Made by a program: the position numbers and the translations under genes
Shown here: one piece after another, positions 50,545-61,849 of the stretch
Layout of the letters: each line of letters opens with the position of its first letter
Position numbering within the stretch: position 1 is the first letter of the stretch
Notes under the pieces: generated by a model
Database searches by the model: none
What the model was told of the DNA's origin: nothing
The model's input: the letters and a program-made list of their open reading frames with translations, nothing else
NCBI GenBank assembly: GCA_029258795.1
Contig: JAPDKB010000004.1
Coordinates: forward strand, 1 to 64,000
Length of the DNA stretch: 64,000 nucleotides
DNA from: an archaeon
Lineage (GTDB): Archaea; EX4484-52; WAPT01
Direction of reading: 5' to 3'

Positions 50545-51105
50545 ATGGCATTGGATGAAGTGGTAGAGGAAGTTATCAGTAGCGCCAAGAACGAAGCCAA
50601 AAGAATAACGGAGGAAGGAAAAAAAGAAGCTAAAAAAATACTGAGTAAAGCGGAGAAGGAAGCAAAGGAGTATGAAGAGCGTTTCAGGAAGGAGACAGAG
50701 AAGATGCTGGAAGCGCTGGAGAAAAAAACAATGGCATCAGCAGAACTGGAGGCCACAAAAATTATCATGGAAGCAAGAAAAACGATCATGGAGGATTTCG
50801 TCAAAAGCTTGTTGGAAACCCTATCCAAACTCGACAAGAAAAAGAAGGAAAAATTGTTAGGGTCTTTGGCGGAGATGGTCAGGAATGAAATGAAGGTTCA
50901 CACCATTTATTGCAATAAGAACGAGGAAAACATCATCAAACAACTCTTTAAAAACGTCAAAATCAAGCACATCGATTGTGCAGGAGGGTTCATCGCAGAG
51001 AACAAGGAAGGAGATTTATCCATGGATTTGACATACGAAACTCTCGTAAATAGAATAAAGCTCGATCTCCTCAAGATCCTCGATTCCGGGCTCAAGAGCA
51101 AGTAA
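50545..51105 (+). CDS. atpE: A-type ATP synthase subunit E
   Basis: Helical N-terminus, GGFIAE...DLTYE. Confidence 0.9.
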   Translation: MALDEVVEEVISSAKNEAKRITEEGKKEAKKILSKAEKEAKEYEERFRKETEKMLEALEKKTMASAELEATKIIMEARKTIMEDFVKSLLETLSKLDKKKKEKLLGSLAEMVRNEMKVHTIYCNKNEENIIKQLFKNVKIKHIDCAGGFIAENKEGDLSMDLTYETLVNRIKLDLLKILDSGLKSK

Positions 51106-51107
51106 GC

Positions 51108-52187
51108 GTGAACACCATGCCCGCAATGGACATACTTGGAAAGATAAGCTTTGGAAAGTATCCATATCTAGCGGCACGGATGCGTGCCATGAAGAGTAAG
51201 TTGATGACTAGAATGGACTACGAAAAAATGCTTAAGATGGACATATACACCATGACCAAGTATCTGTATGAACACAGCTTCCCGATTCAGGAAGAATTGA
51301 TGAAAGAAGGTATAAAACCAGAGGATGTCATAGAGATGGCAGTAAATAAAAGCTTAGAGGAGTGCTTCAGAAAACTCCTGTTCATAACCGCAGGTAACAC
51401 CAGAAAAATCATCGTCGCATACGCTTACAGATACGACATAGAAAACTTGAAGGTTCTGGTTCGAGCAAGGATAAGTAACGAGCCCCTCGATCTCGTGGAA
51501 AAGCTGTGGGTGTGCGCCGGAACTCTGACCAAGGAAAAACTCCGAGAGCTTTATCAGCTTGAGAGTTTGGAAGATGTGATGAAAAAAGCAAGGATATTCA
51601 AGGTGGATAAGAAAATGAAGCAAGCCACAGAAGTTGCCGAAAAAGAAGGTAACCCAGCGGTAATAGAAAACCTTTTTGACAAGCGTTACTATACTTTCTT
51701 GGTTAAGTACACCAAAAGATTTGGTAGGGAAGCAGAACCGATCTCAAAACTGATAAAACTTCGTTTTGATATCATGAACCTGCGCACGCTTTACAGGCTT
51801 AAGAGGGAAGGTGTTTCCAAAGAAGAAATTCTCAAGTGGATCCACCTCACCGGAGGTTATCGACTCAAGAAAAAGGAGTTGGAACAATTGGCATCCGCAT
51901 CAAACCTCAGAGAACTTCACGAGAAGGTTAAAAACACTTACTATGGAAGCATTATCGGAAGTGTGGATATTTCAACCACACTCATAGACCTCGAGCTCAA
52001 GCTGAGTCAGTACTTTTTGGGCTTCGCATCCACCCTCATGCATGCTCATCCTTTATCCATAGTGCCGGTAATAGCATTCATGATGATGAAGGAGGTGGAA
52101 GCTAACAATATAAAGCTTATAGCAAGAGGTAAGGCAAAGGGTGTGGATGAAAACTTCATTAGAAACAATCTGGTGGTGTATGCATGA
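51108..52187 (+). CDS. atpC: A-type ATP synthase subunit C
   Basis: YPYLAARMRAMKSKL, DIENLK, EVEANNIKLIARGK. Confidence 0.93.
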   Translation: MNTMPAMDILGKISFGKYPYLAARMRAMKSKLMTRMDYEKMLKMDIYTMTKYLYEHSFPIQEELMKEGIKPEDVIEMAVNKSLEECFRKLLFITAGNTRKIIVAYAYRYDIENLKVLVRARISNEPLDLVEKLWVCAGTLTKEKLRELYQLESLEDVMKKARIFKVDKKMKQATEVAEKEGNPAVIENLFDKRYYTFLVKYTKRFGREAEPISKLIKLRFDIMNLRTLYRLKREGVSKEEILKWIHLTGGYRLKKKELEQLASASNLRELHEKVKNTYYGSIIGSVDISTTLIDLELKLSQYFLGFASTLMHAHPLSIVPVIAFMMMKEVEANNIKLIARGKAKGVDENFIRNNLVVYA

Positions 52188-52504
52188 AGCAAAAGAAGGT
52201 ATGGGTTGTTGGCAGCTATGATTTCACGCTTGGGTTCAGGCTTGCAGGAGTGAAGGATGTGGTTGAAGTGAGACATGGTGATATACAAACTCTTGAGAAA
52301 AAACTGGATGAAGTTGTGGAGAGGGATGATGTGGGAATAATCATAGTTAGGGAGGATGAGTTCAAACAGCTGCCAAAGAGAAAAAGAGCCGTGCTTGAAA
52401 ATCTGACCGAGCCAATCATAATCCCTCTTTCAGAAAAAATGGAAGGGAGTGATGTTTTGAGAAGCAAGATAATTCAGGCAGTTGGTGTTGATCTGTTAAA
52501 ATGA
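52184..52504 (+). CDS. atpF: A-type ATP synthase subunit F
   Basis: GFRLAGV, DVGIII, AVGVDL. Confidence 0.95.
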   Translation: MKQKKVWVVGSYDFTLGFRLAGVKDVVEVRHGDIQTLEKKLDEVVERDDVGIIIVREDEFKQLPKRKRAVLENLTEPIIIPLSEKMEGSDVLRSKIIQAVGVDLLK

Positions 52505-52513
52505 TGATGCGAG

Positions 52514-54268
52514 GTGAAAAATATGGCAAAGGATGTCGGCAAGATATACCGAATTGCTGGTCCGGTCGTGGTGGCAAAAGGTATCCATGCTAAAATGTAT
52601 GATGTTGTTAGAGTTGGACACGAAAAGTTGATGGGTGAAGTGATTCAGATAGACGGAGATAAAACCATAATACAGGTTTATGAAGACACAACAGGACTTA
52701 AGCCGGGAGAGCCCGTGGAAAACACAGGAAAACCTCTCACAGTTACCCTTGGTCCCGGTTTGCTCGCGAACATTTACGACGGTGTGCAGCGCCCGCTTAG
52801 CATGCTGAAAGAAAAGTCCGGAGATTTTATAGCCAGAGGTATAGAAGCTTTTGCACTTGATGAAAAGAAGAAGTGGGAGTTCGTTGCCACAAAGAAGAAA
52901 GGGGATTATGTTAGGGGTGGAGATGTGATTGGATACGTGATGGAGTTCAACACCAAACACCACATCATGGTTCCTCCCGACGTCAAGGGAGGAAAAATAA
53001 AATCCATCTCATCCGGAAATTTCACGGTCAGGGATGTTGTCTGCACGTTAGAAGATGGAACGGAAATAAAGCTCAGCCACGAGTGGCCAATAAGAAAGCC
53101 ACGCCCCTACAGGAAGAAGTTGAAGCCCGAAGTTCCATTAACCACAGGGCAGAGAATTCTGGATGCGCTTTTCCCAATCGCAAAGGGAGGTACAGCCGCC
53201 ATACCGGGTCCATTCGGTGCAGGTAAAACGGTAACGCAGCAGACACTTGCCAAGTTCAGTGATGCTGATATTGTGGTTTATATTGGCTGTGGTGAGCGCG
53301 GCAATGAGATGACCGAAGTTCTGGAGGAGTTCCCAGAGCTTGATGACCCAAGGACAGGCAACCCTCTCATGAACAGAACTGTTTTGATAGCTAACACCTC
53401 CAACATGCCTGTGGCAGCGAGAGAGGCATCCATCTATACGGGCATAACCATAGCTGAATACTACAGAGACATGGGTTATGATGTCGCATTGATGGCTGAC
53501 TCCACATCCAGATGGGCTGAGGCGATGCGTGAAATTTCAAGCAGGCTGGAGGAGATGCCCGGAGAGGAGGGCTATCCCGCTTACCTCCCAACCAAGCTTG
53601 CGGAATTTTACGAGAGAGCTGGAAGAGTTCTGCCTCTGGGAGTTGAGGATATAGGATCTGTCACCATCATAGGAGCTGTCTCTCCACCCGGTGGAGATTT
53701 CAGCGAGCCGGTAACGCAGAACACGCTGCGCGTTGTTAAGGTGTTCTGGGCTCTCGATGCCAAACTTGCACACAGGAGGCATTTCCCCGCAATAAACTGG
53801 CTGACCTCCTACTCTCTTTACCTTGACACGCTTGAGCCGTGGTTTGCAGAGAATGTCGCAAGTGATTGGATAGAAAAGGTCAGGAAAGCGATGGAAATTT
53901 TACAGGAAGAGGAGAAGCTGCAGGAGATAGTGCAGCTTGTGGGTAGCGATGCCCTCCCACCAAAGGAGAGGATAACGCTTGAAGTGGCAAGGATGCTCAG
54001 AGAGTTCTTCCTGCAGCAGAACGCTTTCCATGAGGTGGACAGATACTGCCCTCTGGACAAAACATACCTCCTGCTTGACCTCATATTGAAATATGAGGTG
54101 TTTGCAAGAGAGGCACTTGCAAACAATGTTGCGCTTGAGGACATACTCAACATCAAATCCAAGAAGAAGATAGCGGAACTCAAGTTTATTGAGGACTACA
54201 AGAAGGAGATAGAAAAGATAGAGAAAGAGATGGAGAATGAATTCAAAGCTCTTGTGAGGGGTGAGTGA
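52514..54268 (+). CDS. atpA: A-type ATP synthase subunit A (catalytic)
   Basis: [29 protein letters not shown]; no intein. Confidence 0.98.
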   Translation: MKNMAKDVGKIYRIAGPVVVAKGIHAKMYDVVRVGHEKLMGEVIQIDGDKTIIQVYEDTTGLKPGEPVENTGKPLTVTLGPGLLANIYDGVQRPLSMLKEKSGDFIARGIEAFALDEKKKWEFVATKKKGDYVRGGDVIGYVMEFNTKHHIMVPPDVKGGKIKSISSGNFTVRDVVCTLEDGTEIKLSHEWPIRKPRPYRKKLKPEVPLTTGQRILDALFPIAKGGTAAIPGPFGAGKTVTQQTLAKFSDADIVVYIGCGERGNEMTEVLEEFPELDDPRTGNPLMNRTVLIANTSNMPVAAREASIYTGITIAEYYRDMGYDVALMADSTSRWAEAMREISSRLEEMPGEEGYPAYLPTKLAEFYERAGRVLPLGVEDIGSVTIIGAVSPPGGDFSEPVTQNTLRVVKVFWALDAKLAHRRHFPAINWLTSYSLYLDTLEPWFAENVASDWIEKVRKAMEILQEEEKLQEIVQLVGSDALPPKERITLEVARMLREFFLQQNAFHEVDRYCPLDKTYLLLDLILKYEVFAREALANNVALEDILNIKSKKKIAELKFIEDYKKEIEKIEKEMENEFKALVRGE

Positions 54269-55677
54269 AGATGGCAATGAAGGAAGCTCATAAGTTTAAG
54301 GAGTACAAAACCATTGAAAGGATAGCAGGTCCACTGGTTTTTGTAAAGAAAGTTAAGGATGTTGCATACGGAGAGGTGGTTGAGGTCATTCTTTCCAATG
54401 GAGAGAGAAGAATGGGTCAGGTGCTTGACAGCTCGGAAGATATAGTTGTGGTGCAGATATTTGAGGGAACGAGCGGAATAGACAAGGAGAACACAAAGAT
54501 AAAGTTTACGGGAGAAGTGATAAAGCTTCCCGTCTCCCTTGACATGCTGGGCAGGATATTCAATGGGAGAGGCGAGCCCATTGATGGAGGCCCAGAAATC
54601 GTGCCTGAAAAGGAGATGGATATAATCGGTAGCGCTATCAATCCATACAGCAGAGCTCCACCTTCCGAGTTCATCCAGACGGGAATTTCAGCGATAGATG
54701 GTATGAACACGCTTGTTAGGGGGCAAAAGTTGCCCATATTCTCCGGCTCTGGCTTGCCTCACAACGAGATAGCGCTGCAGATAGCAAGACAGGCAAAGGT
54801 TGTTGGAAAGGATGAGAAGTTTGCGGTGGTCTTTGCAGCCATGGGTATAACTCATGAGGAGGCGCAGCGCTTCATAGATGATTTTGAGGAGACAGGCGCT
54901 CTTGAAAGAGCCGTTGTCTTCCTCAACCTTGCTGATGACCCTGCTGTGGAAAGGTTGATCACCCCAAGACTTGCGCTCACAACAGCGGAATATCTTGCCT
55001 TTGACAAGGACATGCATGTGCTTGTTATCCTTACGGACATGACTAACTACTGTGAGAGCTTGAGAGAGATAGCTGCAGCAAGAGAGGAGGTGCCCGGAAG
55101 AAGAGGTTATCCCGGTTACATGTATACGGACCTTGCAACAATTTACGAGAGAGCTGGAAGGATAAAGGGCAAGAAGGGAAGCATAACACAGATACCGATC
55201 CTCACCATGCCCGGAGATGATATAACACACCCGATTCCGGACTTGACGGGTTACATAACAGAAGGGCAGATAGTGCTGAGCAGAGAGCTTCACCGCAAAG
55301 GTCTTTACCCCCCAATAGATGTCCTGCCCTCACTTTCTAGGTTGATGAACGCTGGTATTGGTAAGGGTAAAACCAGAGAGGATCACAAACAGGTTTCTGA
55401 TCAGCTTTATGCACTTTATGCAGAGGGTAGGGATTTGAGAGGGCTTGTCGCCATAGTTGGAGAGGAAGCTTTATCTGAGAGAGACAAGCTCGTGTTGAAG
55501 TTCGCTGATAGGTTTGAGAAGGAGTTCGTGCAGCAGGGAAGGAAGGAGGACAGGAGCATAGAGGAAACCCTGAAAATAGCATGGAACCTGCTTTCAATGT
55601 TGCCTGAAGAGGAACTGACCAGAATCTCTCCAGAGTTCAGAAAGAAGTACTACAAAAAAGATGAGAAAAAAGAGTGA
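54265..55677 (+). CDS. atpB: A-type ATP synthase subunit B
   Basis: [28 protein letters not shown]. Confidence 0.98.
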   Translation: MKMAMKEAHKFKEYKTIERIAGPLVFVKKVKDVAYGEVVEVILSNGERRMGQVLDSSEDIVVVQIFEGTSGIDKENTKIKFTGEVIKLPVSLDMLGRIFNGRGEPIDGGPEIVPEKEMDIIGSAINPYSRAPPSEFIQTGISAIDGMNTLVRGQKLPIFSGSGLPHNEIALQIARQAKVVGKDEKFAVVFAAMGITHEEAQRFIDDFEETGALERAVVFLNLADDPAVERLITPRLALTTAEYLAFDKDMHVLVILTDMTNYCESLREIAAAREEVPGRRGYPGYMYTDLATIYERAGRIKGKKGSITQIPILTMPGDDITHPIPDLTGYITEGQIVLSRELHRKGLYPPIDVLPSLSRLMNAGIGKGKTREDHKQVSDQLYALYAEGRDLRGLVAIVGEEALSERDKLVLKFADRFEKEFVQQGRKEDRSIEETLKIAWNLLSMLPEEELTRISPEFRKKYYKKDEKKE

Positions 55678-55686
55678 AGCCGGTGG

Positions 55687-56310
55687 ATGCACGTGATGGA
55701 TGTTAAACCCACAAGATCAGAACTGTTGAACTTGAAGAAGAAAATACAGCTGGCAAAATCAGGACACAAACTGCTGAAGAAGAAGAGAGACGGACTGATC
55801 ATGGAGTTCTTCGAAATTTTGAAAGAAGCCAAACGGGTGATGGATGAGACCAGCAATCTTTATGAAGTGGCCAAGCAAAGGCTGGTTATTGCAGAGATAA
55901 CGGAAGGTGCGACAAAACTCAGATCAGTAGCGATGGGGGTGGCGCCATTCCCCTCCATAAACTTCACCACAGCAAACCTCATGGGTGTGAAAGTGCCAAA
56001 GGTGGAGGTGGAAGGAAGCGAGCTACATTTGCTTGAGAGAGGTCTCGGTCTTTTAAGCACCGATGCGAGGATAGATGAGGCATCCTACTATTACCGACTT
56101 CTGGTTGAAAAGCTGGTGAAGTATGCAGAGATAATAGCGACTCTTTACAAAATGCTGGATGAGATAGAAAAAACCAAGAGAAAGGTCAATGCTCTCGAAT
56201 TTGAAGTAATTCCAAAGCTGGAGGAAGCCTCAAAGTTTATAACCCAAAGACTGGAAGAAATGGAAAGAGAAAACATATTCAGGCTTAAAAGAATCAAGAA
56301 AAAGAAGTGA
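55687..56310 (+). CDS. atpD: A-type ATP synthase subunit D
   Basis: PTRSEL, GHKLLKKKRD, KTKRKVNALE. Confidence 0.96.
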   Translation: MHVMDVKPTRSELLNLKKKIQLAKSGHKLLKKKRDGLIMEFFEILKEAKRVMDETSNLYEVAKQRLVIAEITEGATKLRSVAMGVAPFPSINFTTANLMGVKVPKVEVEGSELHLLERGLGLLSTDARIDEASYYYRLLVEKLVKYAEIIATLYKMLDEIEKTKRKVNALEFEVIPKLEEASKFITQRLEEMERENIFRLKRIKKKK

Positions 56311-56526
56311 TCATTTCTTTTTCAGCTTCCAGTAGACCTTCTTACTCTCCCCAATTCTCGCTATCCTGTACTCGCAATCTATCTTACCCTCGTCCTTCAA
56401 TCTATAACAGTGTGTATTTGCCGTGCTCCAGCTTATTCCCAGCTTCTTAGCTATTTGATATGTGGTCAGGGGTTCTTTCGCTTCTTTAAGCACCTTAAGT
56501 ATTGCCTCAGCAACGCTTTTGGTCAT
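56311..56526 (-). CDS. Small winged-HTH DNA-binding protein
   Basis: PLTTYQIAKKLGISWSTANTHCYRL; start MTKSV with GAGGT RBS. Confidence 0.8.
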   Translation of the reverse strand: MTKSVAEAILKVLKEAKEPLTTYQIAKKLGISWSTANTHCYRLKDEGKIDCEYRIARIGESKKVYWKLKKK

Positions 56527-56693
56527 GAAAGCACCTCTCGAGGTATCAAGATACAGATTTATTATTTCAATTAAAGCCCAAACTCCTATATAAAAATTTC
56601 GTTTTTCCAAAACCGCATTTTCCATTATTTACAAAATTTCACATTAAAAAGAGAAAAGGAGGTAGTTCTTAGTTTATTTTTACTCGGGGGAAA

Positions 56694-57314
56694 TTACTCT
56701 CCTTCCATTGCCTGCCTTATCTGGTGCAAAAGCTCTGCTGGAGTTTTTATCGGATACCTGAGTTTGTCCAGAATATCCTCGATTCTCTTGCCCTTTATCA
56801 CCATACCCTCCAGCTTTCTCTGCAGAGTGTCTTTTTCAACAGGGAAATCAGTACCCTTAAGCTTTGCGAGCACATGCACTGCCCAGTCAGCACCCAAACT
56901 CTTAACGGCCTGCTTTGTTATCTCTATGGCAAGGTTGATTTCATCCCTTCCGGCGAGAATCTCCTGATAGGCAAGCTTTGCGAGAGCTCCAGCTGTATGA
57001 GTCCTCTTCTCCTCATCCTTCTCTCCAGCAACATCATCCAGCTTGGATTTTATCGCTTCAGGATCAGCCCTCAACATGTTCTGCACTGTCTGCTTTGTCA
57101 CACCCAGTACGGATGCTATGTGCTCAGCACTGTAGTTCTTCTCCTTTGCATAAACTATGGCATAGCTTGCAGCCATCAAACTCGGAAGCCACGTCAAGTT
57201 GCGGTGCTCAACCAGCTTTCTTGGACCGCCAAGAATCTCTATGGACTTGAGAAATACTCTCATGGCTTTGGCATCAACATCATCCTCAACCGGCTTGACC
57301 TCTATCACCATCAT
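56694..57314 (-). CDS. KaiC-associated regulatory HTH protein
   Basis: LGGPRKL, LTWLPSL, IASVLGVTKQTV HTH, HTAGALAKLAY; coupled to the KaiC gene. Confidence 0.8.
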   Translation of the reverse strand: MMVIEVKPVEDDVDAKAMRVFLKSIEILGGPRKLVEHRNLTWLPSLMAASYAIVYAKEKNYSAEHIASVLGVTKQTVQNMLRADPEAIKSKLDDVAGEKDEEKRTHTAGALAKLAYQEILAGRDEINLAIEITKQAVKSLGADWAVHVLAKLKGTDFPVEKDTLQRKLEGMVIKGKRIEDILDKLRYPIKTPAELLHQIRQAMEGE

Positions 57315-58225
57315 TCACCACCTCCTGAATAGGATTTCAAACCTACCTGACTTGATTCCTTCATTAACTCTTCAAGTGGAGGTCCAACCTTTACCAAGCC
57401 CGTCTCTGTTATTTCGAAAACATGAGTCCTTGTGTCGTGACCGCACATCCTGCAACCATCAATTCTTATAAGCCGCACCACCGAACCTACGGGTTTCTTG
57501 TAAAGGCTTGCAGCATACCTGCTCATTATCAGCTCCTTTGAGAGCACGATAGAACAATCCACTATGTGGCTTACTGCATAACCGCCAGCCGCTTCAGCTG
57601 TCAGCTCTTCATGTCCGCTCCTCTTTTGAGATACGAATATCGCTGTCTGATGGTGCAGCTTCATGAAATTGAACAGCTTCCTGACTATACTCCTTGCCAT
57701 CATTTCTTTTGCTTCGTAAAGTCCGGTAACAGAATCTATGACTACCGACTTAGTATCATAATTGTCTATCGCGTATTCCAGAGTGTTAAGCAAGCTTGAG
57801 ATATCCTCTCTCAACACAGAATGAGTTGCTGCATCAACCATCACAATGTTGTTCTCTATATCATCCCATTTTATGCCCATAGCTCTGGCTCTTTCTCTTA
57901 ATCCCACACTCACAAAAGCTGAAGGCGATTCCACAGTTACAAAGCAAACTCTGTAACCTCTCGATGCTTGAGTTACTGCAAACTGCTCCACCATCAAGCT
58001 CTTCCCCGTATCGGAAACGCCTGTTAGGTTAACCACAGCCAGATATGGAATTCCACCGAGCGGAACCCTCTTCACTTTACCTCCTTCAATCTTCGTGGTG
58101 AAGAACATCTCATCAAGTCCTTCCACACCCGTAGGTATGCCGAAGAGTTTTGGAGCCCTCTTCCCCGCTTCTTCCAGCGTTTCCACCGCTTCTTTCACAA
58201 CCTTTTCCCGTACTTCCTCGCGCAT
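57311..58225 (-). CDS. Single-domain KaiC-family ATPase (AF_0795-like)
   Basis: GVSDTGKS Walker A, VIDSVTG, AEAAGGYAVSHIVD, DGCRMCGH. Confidence 0.88.
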   Translation of the reverse strand: MREEVREKVVKEAVETLEEAGKRAPKLFGIPTGVEGLDEMFFTTKIEGGKVKRVPLGGIPYLAVVNLTGVSDTGKSLMVEQFAVTQASRGYRVCFVTVESPSAFVSVGLRERARAMGIKWDDIENNIVMVDAATHSVLREDISSLLNTLEYAIDNYDTKSVVIDSVTGLYEAKEMMARSIVRKLFNFMKLHHQTAIFVSQKRSGHEELTAEAAGGYAVSHIVDCSIVLSKELIMSRYAASLYKKPVGSVVRLIRIDGCRMCGHDTRTHVFEITETGLVKVGPPLEELMKESSQVGLKSYSGGGE

Positions 58226-58300
58226 AGTAATATTTTTGTTATCGAAACTTTTTAACTCATAATCAAAATCTTTATATGCAAGTTAAAAGAACCAAATATT

Positions 58301-58960
58301 ATGTTCTTGCGCAAGAAAAAATTGAATGTAATCGTGGTTGGTGGAGGGAAAATAGGGGAGCACGTGTCCAAGCTCTTTGAAACAAGAGGTCATAGTGTGT
58401 GCGTTATTGAAAAGGATGAAGAGCTGGCAAAAGAACTCTCCACCAGAATAGGAAGCACTGTTATAAATGGGGATGGAACAGACATGCTTGTGTTGAAGGA
58501 TGCTGGCATAACCAATGCTGATGTGTTCATCGCCCTCACCGGAGATGACAAAGTTAACCTCATGGCATGTGAGATTGCAAAGAGCTTCAACGTGCCAAAA
58601 ATAATAAGCATAGTTAATAAACCTGGCAATGAGGAGCTATTTCTCAAGCTGGGTGTAAATGACATAGTGGCGGTAACGCAGCAAGTTGCAAATGCCGTTG
58701 AGAACATGATAATGAAGGGGGGTAGCAGGGTTATTGGAGAGGTGGCGGATGGATCAGTCAAGGTTGTTGAGCTGCTCATAGGCGAGAATTCAAAATATGT
58801 TGGGAAGATGAAGGACGAGGTGAAGGATTTTCTGCTTGCAGGAATATGGAGAAACGGAGCTTTCATTTTTCCACACAATCACGTTAAAATCAATGCGGGA
58901 GACCTCATTCTTGCGGTGGTGAGAACCAAGGATCTGGACAAGGTAATGTCTAGGCTGTGA
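58301..58960 (+). CDS. trkA: TrkA potassium uptake RCK subunit
   Basis: GGGKIG, GDGTD, ALTGDDKVN, TrkA-C domain. Confidence 0.92.
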   Translation: MFLRKKKLNVIVVGGGKIGEHVSKLFETRGHSVCVIEKDEELAKELSTRIGSTVINGDGTDMLVLKDAGITNADVFIALTGDDKVNLMACEIAKSFNVPKIISIVNKPGNEELFLKLGVNDIVAVTQQVANAVENMIMKGGSRVIGEVADGSVKVVELLIGENSKYVGKMKDEVKDFLLAGIWRNGAFIFPHNHVKINAGDLILAVVRTKDLDKVMSRL

Positions 58961-58966
58961 TGCGAC

Positions 58967-60331
58967 ATGAGAAGTGTGCTTGGTTATTTAGGCGTGCTGC
59001 TTCAGATAATAGCAGTGTTCTCTCTGATTCCTGGGATTGCAGCTTTGATATGGAACGAGTTTGCCTACGCATTCTACATGATGTCGCTGGTTTTCGTGTT
59101 TTTGGGCATAATTCTGGAAAAGTATTTCGGGACTAAGGACGAGTTGACCATATCTGACGGTTTGAAACTCACAGCCATATCTTTTGTTGTGGTCCCCGTA
59201 ATTGCCACCATCCCTTACTTAACCCTGCTTAAAAATTCAATAACTTTTACGGATGCACTTTTCGAAAGCATTTCAGGGTTTACAACCACTGGGCTAACAG
59301 TATTTGATGACCCCTCTACACTTCCCAAATCGTTGCTGCTGTGGAGAAGCATGACTCAGTGGATAGGAGGGATTGGAATAGTGGTGGTTTTCCTCGGATT
59401 TTTGAGAAACGCATCAACCTCAGCGCTCAACATATTCTCCGCACAGAACATCGAAAAGAAGGTTGGATACGACATAATCAGGCTTGCTCGCAGAATCTTT
59501 CAAATATACCTCATGCTTACATTTACAGGATTTCTTCTATTTTTCATCGCGAGTAAAAGCGTTTTCACATCCATCAATTATGCACTGACCTCCATATCCA
59601 CTGGAGGTTTTCAAGTGGGTGCGCAGTTTCCATCAAGCCATGGAATGATGCTTGTAGCCATCATCATGATGATTGCAGGAGCCACAAGCTTCCTACTTCA
59701 TGACGAGCTGTTGAGGAGAAGGATAAAAAATGTAATTAAATCAGTGCCTTTTATGGGTATGATATCTTATCTTACTGTTTTCGTTCTGTACTCGTTTATA
59801 AATACTGGAAGCCTGGAATTTTCAGTGTTTCAGGTTGTCTCGGCGCTCACCACAACGGGATATCAGGTGGTGGATATAGCGTCGTTGCCTCTCCACCTCT
59901 TTTTCATACTTCTTATAGGGATGATCATTGGGGGGAACACGAACTCCACAGCAGGAGGCATAAAGACGGAGAGGGTATGTTTAAGCTTAGCATCCATACC
60001 ATGGATGGTGAAAAAACTATCCTCTCCAAGGAGGGCGGTCATACCCCTTAAGCTTGGAAAAAAAGTGGTGAGTGATGAGGAAGCTAAACTTGCATTTGTG
60101 TTCATTGGAGCCTACTTTATATTCGGAGTTGCTTCAGCGTTCTTCATAGCTTCATTTGGTGTGGGGTTTGAACACGCGCTCTTCCAATCCTTCTCAGCTA
60201 TAGGTACTGTGGGTCTGAGCACGCAGTCGTTAGCTTCATATCCTTTTTTAGCCAAGCTGAACCTCATGGTGCTCATGTTGATGGGGAGATTGGAGATATT
60301 TCCGCTGTTGATACTGCTGAAAAGAGAATGA
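58967..60331 (+). CDS. trkH: TrkH potassium uptake membrane subunit
   Basis: FESISGFTTTG, QWIGGIG, STGGF, STAGGIK, GRLEIFP. Confidence 0.95.
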   Translation: MRSVLGYLGVLLQIIAVFSLIPGIAALIWNEFAYAFYMMSLVFVFLGIILEKYFGTKDELTISDGLKLTAISFVVVPVIATIPYLTLLKNSITFTDALFESISGFTTTGLTVFDDPSTLPKSLLLWRSMTQWIGGIGIVVVFLGFLRNASTSALNIFSAQNIEKKVGYDIIRLARRIFQIYLMLTFTGFLLFFIASKSVFTSINYALTSISTGGFQVGAQFPSSHGMMLVAIIMMIAGATSFLLHDELLRRRIKNVIKSVPFMGMISYLTVFVLYSFINTGSLEFSVFQVVSALTTTGYQVVDIASLPLHLFFILLIGMIIGGNTNSTAGGIKTERVCLSLASIPWMVKKLSSPRRAVIPLKLGKKVVSDEEAKLAFVFIGAYFIFGVASAFFIASFGVGFEHALFQSFSAIGTVGLSTQSLASYPFLAKLNLMVLMLMGRLEIFPLLILLKRE

Positions 60332-60346
60332 AGAGAGGTGTGGTCC

Positions 60347-61849
60347 ATGCTGAAGCTCAGAACGAAGCAAATGGATGTGGAATCAAACAGCAATCTGGTT
60401 GTGTTGAACGAGAAGGATGCTTACAGGCTGGGGGCGCATGCAGGAGATAGAGTTGCGGTGCGTTATGGTGTGCAGGAAGCTTGTGCCATCGTTGAAACAA
60501 CCAAAGAATTGGTGGATGAAGGTACCATAGGACTTTCCAAAGAACTTGTGGGGTGTGGTGTGAAGGATGGATGTGTTGTTGAGGTTGTGCCAGTATCAAA
60601 GCCAAGATCAATAGATTTCATAAAAAAGAAGCTTAGCGGAGAGGAGCTGGACGAGAAGGAGATAAAAGAGATAATGAAAGACGTAGCTTCTGGCATGCTT
60701 TCGGACATGGAAATAGCAGCTTTCATATCTGCAGTTTATGTTTACGATTACACAGAAAATGAGATAACCGCCGTAATAAACGAGATGGTTAATGCCGGAC
60801 TCACCATCGAATGGAAGAAGAAATACGTGGCTAACAAGCACAGCATAGGTGGTGTGCCAGGAAATAGAGTCTCACCCATAGTCATTCCAATAGTTGCGGC
60901 TGCAGGAATAACAATTCCCAAATCATCATCAAGGGCGATAACCTCTCCGGCAGGCACTGCAGACACGATGGAAGTGATATGTGACGTTAGCTTCAGTGTG
61001 GATGAGATAAAAAGGATTGTGAGGAAGACGAACGGCTGCCTTGTGTGGGGTGGAGCGCTGGATCTAGCGCCCATAGACGATAAGCTGGTGAGGATAGAAA
61101 GACCACTTTCCCTTGACCCTCGCGGTCAGGTTTTAGCATCCGTACTGTCCAAAAAGAAAGCCATGGGTGCAAAACAGGTGGTGATAGACATACCTGTGGG
61201 AAGTGAAGCAAAAGTGAGGAGCATGGATGGCGCGTTGTCTCTTGCGAGAAGGTTCAAAAGCATAGGTGCAAAGCTGGGCATGCAGATTGAGTGCACCATA
61301 ACGAGAGGGGATGAGCCGATAGGGAGAGGAATCGGTCCCGTGCTCGAGATGATAGATATAATGAAGGTGTTGAGCAACAGATCAAAAGGACTTGAGGACT
61401 TGAAATCGAAATCAATCATGCTTGCTGGCAAGCTGTTGAAAATGTGTAATGCTGGAGATGAGTCCACAGCCAGAAAGATTCTGGAAAGCGGGAAAGCTCT
61501 CAAGAAGTTCAAGGAGATTGTGGAAGCCCAAAATGGCAGCATAGATGTAAAGCTGGAAGAGATGCTGGCTCAACATCATTACGATTTTGTGGCTGAGAAG
61601 GATGGAGTTGTGCTTGACGTAAGCATAAAGAGCATAGCAGGTATAGCGAGACGTGCTGGCGCTCCCATGGATAAAGGAGCGGGCATCTATATGTTCGTGA
61701 AGAAGGGTGAGCACGTAAAGAAAGGACAACCCCTTTTCAGAATTCACGCATCCACCTCCACCAAACTCAGAAGCGCTTTGAAATACGCGAGAGAAACCAA
61801 TCCAGTTATGATAGGCAGGAGGGAGGATTTGCTGTTGAGGACGTTATGA
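60347..61849 (+). CDS. deoA: AMP phosphorylase (thymidine phosphorylase family)
   Basis: N-terminal double-psi barrel, KHSIGGVPGN, KSSSRAITSPAGTAD, ARRAGAP.DKGAG. Confidence 0.93.
   Translation: MLKLRTKQMDVESNSNLVVLNEKDAYRLGAHAGDRVAVRYGVQEACAIVETTKELVDEGTIGLSKELVGCGVKDGCVVEVVPVSKPRSIDFIKKKLSGEELDEKEIKEIMKDVASGMLSDMEIAAFISAVYVYDYTENEITAVINEMVNAGLTIEWKKKYVANKHSIGGVPGNRVSPIVIPIVAAAGITIPKSSSRAITSPAGTADTMEVICDVSFSVDEIKRIVRKTNGCLVWGGALDLAPIDDKLVRIERPLSLDPRGQVLASVLSKKKAMGAKQVVIDIPVGSEAKVRSMDGALSLARRFKSIGAKLGMQIECTITRGDEPIGRGIGPVLEMIDIMKVLSNRSKGLEDLKSKSIMLAGKLLKMCNAGDESTARKILESGKALKKFKEIVEAQNGSIDVKLEEMLAQHHYDFVAEKDGVVLDVSIKSIAGIARRAGAPMDKGAGIYMFVKKGEHVKKGQPLFRIHASTSTKLRSALKYARETNPVMIGRREDLLLRTL

Noticed and set aside
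60347-61849. Complete AMP/RuBisCO pathway
   Set aside because: Only AMP phosphorylase is present here; ribose-1,5-bisphosphate isomerase and form III RuBisCO are not in the window
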